A DNA stretch of 21,777 nucleotides from a virus. The stretch is taken from the IMG/VR virus record IMGVR_UViG_3300000563_000521; one strand, 5' to 3'. The position numbers and the translations under genes were made by a program. Of the stretch, positions 1-6,725 are shown one piece after another; within the stretch, counting starts at the first letter, position 1, and each line of letters starts with the position of its first letter. Below the pieces are notes generated by a model. It was not told where the DNA came from. It worked only from the letters and a program-made list of their open reading frames with translations, and did not search any database.

Positions 1-637
1 CTATGTTGTTAATAGGTAACAACTTTGTTATTTTGTTAATTAATGTTTGGTGTGTGTCAAGTTTATGTTGTATACTTGGTGCTAGCCAACCTTCTTCTCG
101 TTTTCGGTTGTTGAATCTTGGTTCTCGATACCATAACTTGTTACGTCTTCCTCTTCTATACATTGCTCGCTCTATTAGTTTTTCACTCACATTTTGTCTT
201 AGTTCTAATTCACCACTCACCAATTCTTGTGTCTCAGTTATCGCTGAGAAACCAATCACTTTACTTCCTGCATCTATGCCGAGAGTGATTGGTTGCGTGG
301 TTTCTCCTGTTGCAATAGTTAGTTGTATAGTGAATGGTTTTCTTTTGATAACTATTGCTTTTCCTTGTTTTAGTAATTTGTTTGCTTTTTGTTGTTTGCA
401 AGGCATCAAAGGTTGCCCCTTGATGTTTTGCACATACACAATATCAGATACTCTCAAGTTCTGATTCCCTGTATGTTGGGAATGGTTCTCTTCGGAGTTG
501 TTAGAAAAGGTTTTTAAGTCTTGCTCACTAAGAATTTCCTCTCTGTTTAAAGACAAGACCATAGAGCTACCGACTAGAGAAGTATCAGTAGGTATGTATG
601 TATTTCTCTTTCCTAACTTCTGCATTTTTGTTTCCAT
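1..637 (-). CDS. iscB: IscB RNA-guided endonuclease (OMEGA), 3' part beyond window edge
   Basis: Open minus frame from ATG 637 (AGGAGG upstream) to the window edge: METKMQKL...DIVYVQNIKGQPLMPCKQQKANKLLKQGKA...ITLGIDAGSKVIG...MYRRGRRNKLWYREPRFNNRKREEGWLAPSIQHKL. This contains the PLMP domain, RuvC-I (LGIDAG), the Arg-rich bridge helix and GWLxPS, all diagnostic of IscB. The PLMP domain begins near GTG 439. Confidence 0.93.
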   Translation of the reverse strand, partial: METKMQKLGKRNTYIPTDTSLVGSSMVLSLNREEILSEQDLKTFSNNSEENHSQHTGNQNLRVSDIVYVQNIKGQPLMPCKQQKANKLLKQGKAIVIKRKPFTIQLTIATGETTQPITLGIDAGSKVIGFSAITETQELVSGELELRQNVSEKLIERAMYRRGRRNKLWYREPRFNNRKREEGWLAPSIQHKLDTHQTLINKITKLLPINNI

Positions 638-711
638 CTTTGCCTCCTAATCAACCAATTGCTCTCAAACCTCACGGCTCAAGCCCCTTCCTTCAGGGAG
701 GGGTGATTGAC
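480..711 (-). ncRNA. IscB omegaRNA scaffold (HEARO-like)
   Basis: Minus strand starts GTCAATCACCCCTCCCTGAAGGAAGGGGCTTG (hairpin), followed by GGTTGATTAG, ...CTCTAGTC..CTCT..TTAAACAG..AGTG..AAACC..TAACAACTCCGAAGAGAA. This is the order of conserved blocks I recall for IscB omegaRNAs, directly upstream of the PLMP domain. The 3' boundary is approximate. Confidence 0.8.
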
Positions 712-1171
712 ATGTTCGTAATTGGTCTATGTTCATATAATTTCTAGTCCAGTATTGTTTATCTATTCCATAAAAACTGAACCAATTAACTTTGTCTTTA
801 TCGATTTCTTTTAACAATGTTTGTTTCATTAAATTTATTTGTGTATCAGATAAGTTAAAATGTTTTTGTATTTTTTCGTATAAAAAAAAGTATCTATCTT
901 GTTTGTCATCTTTTTTTGGATATTTAATAAAAGGTGTTTTGTTCAATTTTTTTCCATCAAAAAACAACAACGACCATGCAGCACTTAAATACACTTTAGG
1001 GGATGTGTAGAACACGAATTTGTTTAATACTCTTGCTTGCCGCACGGTTATGTTGTTCAAAGAAAGAAATCTTTGAATTACTACTGGTTGAATACAACTA
1101 TCGTCTAATTCAATAATCCATTTACTTGATGGATTAGTATACAAGTTTTTCAATATATCAAACACGTTCAT
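665..1171 (-). CDS. Putative clamp-loader small/A subunit (T4 gp62-like), C-terminus replaced by IS sequence
   Basis: ATGA-coupled to the gp44-like gene. Segments QPVVIQRFLS, TPFIKYPKK and EKIQKHFNLSD resemble gp62-family patterns. The last 15 aa (CQSPLPEGRGLSREV) are read from the IS end. Confidence 0.55.
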   Translation of the reverse strand: MNVFDILKNLYTNPSSKWIIELDDSCIQPVVIQRFLSLNNITVRQARVLNKFVFYTSPKVYLSAAWSLLFFDGKKLNKTPFIKYPKKDDKQDRYFFLYEKIQKHFNLSDTQINLMKQTLLKEIDKDKVNWFSFYGIDKQYWTRNYMNIDQLRTCQSPLPEGRGLSREV

Positions 1172-2070
1172 TTTACCATTTCTATTAATGAAGTTGTGAA
1201 AATTATTATTGGTTCTCCTTCATTAAATTTTAAATCATTTGCACAAGTTACTTGAATCATTTTAACATTGTCTTCCAAACAAGATTTTAACCAAAAAAAT
1301 TTGTTCAAATTTCTAAAATCTATCTCGTGAGTAAAAACATATTCTTGCACAAATCGTCTATCTTTTTCTTTTATTTTGTCCCACAACATCTGATATTCGT
1401 CGTCAGAACTTTTTGCGTTTGTTTTTGTTACAGGTTTGTTATCTATTTTTAAATCTTGTAACACTTGCACACAATTTCTAATACTTGGATAATTTATATC
1501 AACAATGTTTTGTAGTCCTTCTAAGTCATATTCTAAGTTTTCGTTAACACATATTTTCATTAAGTATTCTACTATTTCTTCTTTTTTTGGTTGATTGAAT
1601 TTTATTGTTGCACAACGACTTTTTAGTGCGTCACTTATTTTGTGGTAATAGTTACAAGAAATTATAAACAAAGCATTCTCGTGGTATATTTCCATCAAAC
1701 TTCTTAAAGCGTCTTGTGCGTCATTGGTTAATTTGTCTCCTTCATCAAAGAACACTATTCTTCTAACACCTTTTTTTGTGGATTGTGTTTTTACAAATCC
1801 ATTAACTTTATCTCTAATTGTTTCTATTTTTCTATCGTCAGAACCATTCAACATAAGTGCATCTGCACCTAATGTTTTAATAATAATTCGGGCAATTGAC
1901 GTTTTGCCCGTACCCGCCGTATCAGAATGAAGTATTAAATGTTGCATTGATTGTGGTTCTTGTAATCTATTAGCAATTTTATTTTTTACTTCTAATCCAA
2001 CAAAGCTTTCTAATGTTTTTGGTCTATATTTTTCAATCCACATACTATTAATAGGGTCAAATTCTTTCAT
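1168..2070 (-). CDS. Clamp-loader AAA+ ATPase (RFC small subunit / T4 gp44-like)
   Basis: WIEKYRPKTL box, Walker A LILHSDTAGTGKT (gp44-style HS..GTGKT), Walker B FFDEGD, AQDALRSLME, SRC motif (LKSRCA). Confidence 0.95.
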   Translation of the reverse strand: MKEFDPINSMWIEKYRPKTLESFVGLEVKNKIANRLQEPQSMQHLILHSDTAGTGKTSIARIIIKTLGADALMLNGSDDRKIETIRDKVNGFVKTQSTKKGVRRIVFFDEGDKLTNDAQDALRSLMEIYHENALFIISCNYYHKISDALKSRCATIKFNQPKKEEIVEYLMKICVNENLEYDLEGLQNIVDINYPSIRNCVQVLQDLKIDNKPVTKTNAKSSDDEYQMLWDKIKEKDRRFVQEYVFTHEIDFRNLNKFFWLKSCLEDNVKMIQVTCANDLKFNEGEPIIIFTTSLIEMVK

Positions 2071-2090
2071 CTTATTTACCTAAAAAAATT

Positions 2091-2285
2091 TTAATCTTCG
2101 TCAGAAAAATTTATTTCTTGCACTACTAAAGTATATAATACAACATCTAAATTATGTTCGTCTTTATACACTGTTGTTGTTAGTTGAACTTTTGTTGGTT
2201 CTTTACCAAAAGATTCTCTATATTCTTGTTGTAATCTTTCGTAATCAGTATCTTCTAGTATATATAAATTGTTTGTGTAATTCAT
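2091..2285 (-). CDS. Hypothetical protein (64 aa)
   Basis: Part of track ORF 2091..2303. Start moved to ATG 2285 because GGAGG lies just upstream. It sits between the clamp and the loader genes. Confidence 0.6.
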   Translation of the reverse strand: MNYTNNLYILEDTDYERLQQEYRESFGKEPTKVQLTTTVYKDEHNLDVVLYTLVVQEINFSDED

Positions 2286-2289
2286 TTTT

Positions 2290-2988
2290 TTAGTCCTCCG
2301 CATCTATTCTTGGTGCTAATAAAAATTGTATTTTATATTTGTCGTTTTCAATAACTGCTTTTATTAAATAATCTGGTTTTGCTTCAAACGCTATTGTGTC
2401 GTCAATACTTTTAAACATTTTAACAAATGGTTCTCCAAACTTTAATTTTACTCCACCTTTAGTTCCTTCGCTTTTAATATTTCTTGTAAATTTGTATTTT
2501 CCATCGTTAGATAATATTAATCCATTTTCAACAGTTTCTATTCTTACCAAAATATCTTTGTTAAGTTGTGTGTCTTGAATAAAGTCTATTAATTCTTTTC
2601 CGTTTACATTAAAACTTGTTGTAAATTCTTGTAGTTTTGGAACATCTGGCATTGGTGTGATAAATCTTTCGTCGACCAATTCAAGTTTTAGTTCTTTGGA
2701 ATTTGTTTTTGCTGTTAGTAAATTTCCTTCAACATTAAATTCTATTTCTTTTTCTAATCTGTTAAACACTTGTACTAAAACAGATAATTCGTCCACACCC
2801 ACTTTTCCCAATGCAACATAATCAACAAAATTTTCTTTTTTTAATGTTGCATGAACCATACTGGTTGCATCTGCTGTTACTGCTTCAACATATAAACCTT
2901 TATCTGTAAAGTCTAAAAGACATTGGTCTACTTGTTCCATTCTTATTTTTTTCAAAAAATCTATTAACACATTTTTTTCTATTTTCAT
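2290..2988 (-). CDS. pcn: PCNA-type DNA sliding clamp
   Basis: 232 aa. N-terminal pattern FTDKGLYVEAVTADATSMVHATLKKENF and the hallmark C-terminal FLLAPRI. GAGGT SD. Lies upstream of the clamp loader. Confidence 0.9.
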   Translation of the reverse strand: MKIEKNVLIDFLKKIRMEQVDQCLLDFTDKGLYVEAVTADATSMVHATLKKENFVDYVALGKVGVDELSVLVQVFNRLEKEIEFNVEGNLLTAKTNSKELKLELVDERFITPMPDVPKLQEFTTSFNVNGKELIDFIQDTQLNKDILVRIETVENGLILSNDGKYKFTRNIKSEGTKGGVKLKFGEPFVKMFKSIDDTIAFEAKPDYLIKAVIENDKYKIQFLLAPRIDAED

Positions 2989-3146
2989 TTTTTACCTCGT
3001 TGTTTTTTTGTTGTTATGACTTCTTCTATATCTAATTCTTTCTTCATTATAGTTCTCATTTTTTCCAATATTTGTTTTTTGTTTGGCAAAAATTTTGTTG
3101 TATAATCTTCATCATTTAGATACATTGTTACTTGTATGTTTGGCAT
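2985..3146 (-). CDS. Small hypothetical protein (53 aa), possibly DNA-binding
   Basis: Not in track. MPNIQVTMYLNDEDYTTKFLPNKKQILEKMRTIMKKELDIEEVITTKKQRGKK. GGAGG SD, first gene after a promoter, and its TGA overlaps the PCNA ATG. Confidence 0.7.
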   Translation of the reverse strand: MPNIQVTMYLNDEDYTTKFLPNKKQILEKMRTIMKKELDIEEVITTKKQRGKK

Positions 3147-3181
3147 TTTTTGTTCCTCCGTATTCTTTAATTAACTAAACA

Positions 3182-3201
3182 TAACTACTATATAAATGTT
3201 T
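3182..3201 (-). promoter_or_regulatory. Archaeal-type promoter (A-rich BRE-like + TTTATATA + TAGTTA)
   Basis: AAACATTTATATAGTAGTTA, one of five copies of the motif. Embedded in the last codons of the helicase gene and upstream of the clamp/loader operon. Confidence 0.7.
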
Positions 3202-5431
3202 TGTTTTTTGTTACCTCGTGACCCTCTTTTTTAAAACCTCTAATTCTTCCAATACTTGAAAGTTTGAAAAAAACAATATTATCAAAAAAATCATAATATA
3301 TTGCATTGTCTTTGCTGTCATGTGTTCTTAATGCTCTTCCCAGTGTTTGAATGCTAGTTCTTTCAAGTTTATGAGCACTTGCATTAATTACTATGTTTAA
3401 TCTAGGTATATCAATTCCTTCCTCAAAAATACTTATAGTGGATATTAATATTTTTTGTGAACCATCAGTAAAGTCTTCAAACATTTGTTCTCTTTTTTTA
3501 TCACTAATTTTTCCGTGCAAATACTTACTATTAGGAATTAGTTGTTCCAATAACTCGCCGTGTTTAACATATTTAACTAATATTAATATTGTTTTATTAG
3601 AATGATTTTCACATAATTGTTTTATTGTTTCGTTTCTTTTAGTATTATTTATTATACATTCGTCAAAAAAAATTCTGTATTTAATGCCGTCTTTTAAGTT
3701 ATCAACTAAGTCACCATAAGCTTTAAGTGTTTTATCGACAAATTTGTTTTGTTCAGATAATTTTTTATCAATTTCTTCTAATATTAACTCATTACATTTA
3801 TTCTCCATTAACTCTAATTCTTCTTTGGTGTTTACGTCTGTTAAAAATATTATTTCTGGTTTAACTAAAAACCCTTTAGTTATTAATTCTTGTCCTTTTA
3901 AAGAATAAATAACTTCCCCTAATATTGATGTTACTCTCAAATCACAACCTTGATTATTTTTTGCAGTTGCACTAACACCTAATCTGTACTCTGTGTTTTT
4001 TAATAATTTGGATAAAGTGATAAATCTTGGGCTGTGAGTTTTATGACATTCATCTACTATAAACACTCTAATTGTTTTAAAATAATCTTCTAATTCATCT
4101 TTATATTTTATTAACGATTGTATAGTGGCAATAGTAATATTTTCTATTTGTTTGTTGCCCATTCCTATTATGCCAATAGGTGTTCCTAGTTCTGTTTCAA
4201 ACTCTTTTTTTGTTTGTGTTAATAATCTTTTTTTATCTACTACGAATAATGTTTTTAATCCTAATCTTCTAACAATTTCTATTGTTATTAATGTTTTGCC
4301 TGCACCTGTTGATAATTCTAAAATGCCGTTGTTTAAACCTTTTTTATTAATGTATGTGTCTACCGCTTGTATTTGATAATCTCTTAATTCTTTACCACTT
4401 AATAGTTTTTGTGGCATGTCTATTTTTGTTTCATCAAAACATCTATTATCTTGTAATTTTATAATAGGTGTTTTATTAATACTTCTTGCATAATTATGAA
4501 TGGTTTCTACTAATGAATCAACTAAACCTATACTAATGTTTTTAAATTTTTTATTCCACAAACATTTTTTTGTGTTCATATTAGGATATCTTTTTTTTAA
4601 AAAAATTGCACTTTGATTTTCATAAGTATATTTATTAAATAATAATTCATTTAATTCTTCTGAAAAATCTCCTTTAACAAAAACTTCTCCACCATATATA
4701 TTTAATAAAAAATTCATTGTTGTTTCAGGATTTTGTTCTTCAACATCCCATAAATGTTTGTAAGGACAAAAAAAATATCCTTTATTAAATGGTGGCAATT
4801 TGTCTGGGTTGTTTAAATAATAATGAATTTTTTCCAAAGTTTTTTTGTGGTATTGTTCTGCGTTTTTTATATCTTGTATTGTTGGAATAATTATCATAAC
4901 ACTATTTTCGTAACGCAAATAACACACTTTTATTTCTTTAAGTAATATATTGTATTTTCTATAATATTGCCAAACATAATATTTCATTTGAACGGTGTAT
5001 TCTAACTTATTATGTTCATTCATTTGAGAAGTTTTCCAATCACACATAAAATGTGTTTCAGTATTAACACCATCTAAATATGATACGCAATCAGGAAAAA
5101 ATATTTTTAGTTCTGTGTGAGTTAAATCAAAGTTTAATTTTATTCCGTTAAGAATCATTTCCCAAGTTAACTCTTTTTCATGTGCTAATTTTGTTTCATC
5201 TAATTTAAACTTAGTCCATAATTGTTCAAACTGCTCTGCTATTATTGATTGTTCTGTTTGTTTATTTTTATAAAATGTTTCCAAACACTCGTGAACAACT
5301 GTTCCTCTGTTGGCATAACACATATCGCTTACACCAGGAATTTTTTGTATGTATTGCATATACCAAGTTCTCGGACATTGCCAAAACAAATTCATTTGTG
5401 AAAATGACAATGGTCTATTGTATGTTTTCAT
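3188..5431 (-). CDS. PD-(D/E)XK nuclease (AddB/Cas4-like) fused to UvsW/XPB-like SF2 helicase
   Basis: N-terminus: LSFSQ..CPR, GTVVH, YLD, DWKT, Q..Y. C-terminus: LRDYQ, STGAGKT, DECH, SAT, EGIDIP, QTLGRALR. GGGGTGA SD. Confidence 0.88.
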   Translation of the reverse strand: MKTYNRPLSFSQMNLFWQCPRTWYMQYIQKIPGVSDMCYANRGTVVHECLETFYKNKQTEQSIIAEQFEQLWTKFKLDETKLAHEKELTWEMILNGIKLNFDLTHTELKIFFPDCVSYLDGVNTETHFMCDWKTSQMNEHNKLEYTVQMKYYVWQYYRKYNILLKEIKVCYLRYENSVMIIIPTIQDIKNAEQYHKKTLEKIHYYLNNPDKLPPFNKGYFFCPYKHLWDVEEQNPETTMNFLLNIYGGEVFVKGDFSEELNELLFNKYTYENQSAIFLKKRYPNMNTKKCLWNKKFKNISIGLVDSLVETIHNYARSINKTPIIKLQDNRCFDETKIDMPQKLLSGKELRDYQIQAVDTYINKKGLNNGILELSTGAGKTLITIEIVRRLGLKTLFVVDKKRLLTQTKKEFETELGTPIGIIGMGNKQIENITIATIQSLIKYKDELEDYFKTIRVFIVDECHKTHSPRFITLSKLLKNTEYRLGVSATAKNNQGCDLRVTSILGEVIYSLKGQELITKGFLVKPEIIFLTDVNTKEELELMENKCNELILEEIDKKLSEQNKFVDKTLKAYGDLVDNLKDGIKYRIFFDECIINNTKRNETIKQLCENHSNKTILILVKYVKHGELLEQLIPNSKYLHGKISDKKREQMFEDFTDGSQKILISTISIFEEGIDIPRLNIVINASAHKLERTSIQTLGRALRTHDSKDNAIYYDFFDNIVFFKLSSIGRIRGFKKEGHEVTKNKTFI

Positions 5432-5441
5432 TAAAGATTAA

Positions 5442-5633
5442 TCACCCCAGCAAAACCTCTCGTAAATCTTCGATAAATATTGTTTTATGTGTGTTTTTTA
5501 AAGTGTTAATTTTCTTTTTTAAGTCACTAATTTTAATTACTTCTTCTGGTGCAAACACCACACCATTTATAATGGTGTTTTTTCTTTTACTTTCAAGTTT
5601 TCTAAAATCAACAAACCATTTATTCATTTTCAT
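5442..5633 (-). CDS. Hypothetical protein (63 aa)
   Basis: Track ORF with GAGG SD, co-oriented and tightly packed; no family recognised. Confidence 0.55.
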   Translation of the reverse strand: MKMNKWFVDFRKLESKRKNTIINGVVFAPEEVIKISDLKKKINTLKNTHKTIFIEDLREVLLG

Positions 5634-5794
5634 TCCTCGTTTTTTGGTTTATATATACTTTCAATAACTAAATCTGCAACATGAAAAATAATAACAAGTT
5701 TTAGAAAATATTCTAAATTGCTTACAACCATTGACAAAAATTCTTCTTCATTAATACCATATTTTTTCATAAAATATTTAGTGATATTTTCCAT
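5630..5794 (-). CDS. Hypothetical protein (54 aa)
   Basis: Not in track. MENITKYFMKKYGINEEEFL...KPKNEE. ATGA overlap with the next gene; fills the gap. Confidence 0.45.
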   Translation of the reverse strand: MENITKYFMKKYGINEEEFLSMVVSNLEYFLKLVIIFHVADLVIESIYKPKNEE

Positions 5795-5909
5795 TTTTAT
5801 GATAATTGATATCTCTATCCATTCTCCTCAACTCTTTTATTAAATTCTTTTTTAACTCTTCCAAATCTTCTGATTGAGCAATATCTAAATATTTGTTTTC
5901 TTGTCTCAT
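5778..5909 (-). CDS. Hypothetical protein (43 aa)
   Basis: Not in track. MRQENKYLDIAQSEDLEELKKNLIKELRRMDRDINYHKNGKYH, with a strong AGGTGA SD. Confidence 0.55.
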   Translation of the reverse strand: MRQENKYLDIAQSEDLEELKKNLIKELRRMDRDINYHKNGKYH

Positions 5910-5920
5910 TTTATTCACCT

Positions 5921-5935
5921 AAAAAAATAAAAAAA
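5921..5935 (-). terminator. Possible oligo-T archaeal terminator
   Basis: T7-A-T7 immediately after the stop of 5936..6523. Weak evidence in such AT-rich DNA. Confidence 0.3.
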
Positions 5936-6523
5936 TTAAAGTACTTCTACTTTATATAATCCGCCTTCACTTTTTGCTTTTGCAACTTTTTTCTTGTGTT
6001 GCTCTGCTTCTTCTGTTGTTTTAAAGTCTCTTATTTTCATTAAATCTTTTATTGGAAGTGTTGCATCTTTGCCGTTGTATATGTGTGTTATTCGTATAGT
6101 TATGCCGTTAAACGTTTTATTCTCTTTAACCTTTGCCATCAACACACTACCTTTTCCAAACAACGCACCATATAAATCCCAAGACTGAATTGTAAATCTT
6201 TCTCCACCGTCTGTTTCAAGAATATATTCAACTCTTTTAGAATCTGGTTCATCTCTTTTTTTTATTCCGGTCCAAAACTTATCGCCTGTTTTTGTTGTGA
6301 TTTCTCTACCTGGTTTGTTTACAACTTTTGAAATAGTGAAACTTAAACTCTCGCCCACTTCAGGTGTTTTCAAAAAAGTATAACTCATAAAATCATCTGG
6401 TGTCATCTCTACTTCTTTAGATTTTTCTTTAACTTCTTCATTGTTTAAAACAATGGATTCTTCATCTGCTGTATTAAATTCTTCTGAATCAAACAGTTCT
6501 TCAAATTCATTTTTTTCACTCAT
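5936..6523 (-). CDS. Putative ssDNA-binding (OB-fold-like) protein
   Basis: Acidic N-terminal tail, then a beta-rich core (FLKTPEVGESLSFTISKV...EYILETDGGERFTIQSW). Replication-cluster context, GGAGG SD. The ORF is solid; the function is an inference. Confidence 0.4.
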   Translation of the reverse strand: MSEKNEFEELFDSEEFNTADEESIVLNNEEVKEKSKEVEMTPDDFMSYTFLKTPEVGESLSFTISKVVNKPGREITTKTGDKFWTGIKKRDEPDSKRVEYILETDGGERFTIQSWDLYGALFGKGSVLMAKVKENKTFNGITIRITHIYNGKDATLPIKDLMKIRDFKTTEEAEQHKKKVAKAKSEGGLYKVEVL

Positions 6524-6551
6524 TTTTTTCCTCCAAACAAATAATTGTTTT

Positions 6552-6602
6552 CATATGATTAACCAAACATAACTAATATATAAATGTTTTGAAAGTTTAT
6601 AA
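6552..6602. repeat. 51-bp direct repeat, copy 1 (contains promoter on minus strand)
   Basis: catatgattaaccaaacataactaatatataaatgttttgaaagtttataa; one mismatch to 10581..10631. Confidence 0.95.
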
Positions 6603-6662
6603 GTAAGTTATTTTTTTAGCTATTTTGTTTAAACACAATTCTTCCTCCATTTCCTGTAAACA

Positions 6663-6695
6663 GTGAACTACCTCTCCCTGAAGGAAGGATACTTC
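6663..6695 (-). mobile_element. Degenerate IS200/IS605-type end remnant
   Basis: Minus strand GAAGTATCCTTCCTTCAGGGAGAGGTAGTTCAC. Shares CTCCCTGAAGGAAGG (15/15) with the IscB element end and finishes in TAGTTCAC, as IS605/TnpB-type right ends do. Confidence 0.6.
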
Positions 6696-6725
6696 TCAGA
6701 CCTTAGTTAAAAATTTGAATTAGTT

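Larger units (their letters stand above)
1..711 (-). mobile_element. IS200/IS605-superfamily element carrying iscB (one end at 711; other end outside window)
   Basis: Terminal hairpin CCCCTCCCTGAAGGAAGGGG at the GTCAA boundary, with omegaRNA plus iscB behind it. The upstream gene switches abruptly to an unrelated tail at this point. Confidence 0.85.

Noticed and set aside
3-464. 153-aa plus-strand ORF in the track
   Set aside because: Antisense shadow of iscB; no motifs and no RBS.
1-711. IStron (group I intron-IS hybrid) restoring the gp62-like gene
   Set aside because: No group I intron core between the insertion point and the omegaRNA; the far end is outside the window, so it cannot be fully excluded.
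4741-5431. Cas4-like domain as evidence of a CRISPR-Cas locus
   Set aside because: No cas1/cas2 or array; the domain is fused to a helicase in a replication cluster and lacks the full Cys set.
5645-5670. Possible sixth promoter (GAAAGTATATATAAAC on minus)
   Set aside because: Does not match the 20-bp consensus and lies inside a likely small ORF; too weak to call in AT-rich DNA.
6575-6585. T4 late promoter-like TATAAAT on the plus strand
   Set aside because: Wrong orientation relative to the genes; it is the reverse complement of the archaeal TTTATATA box.
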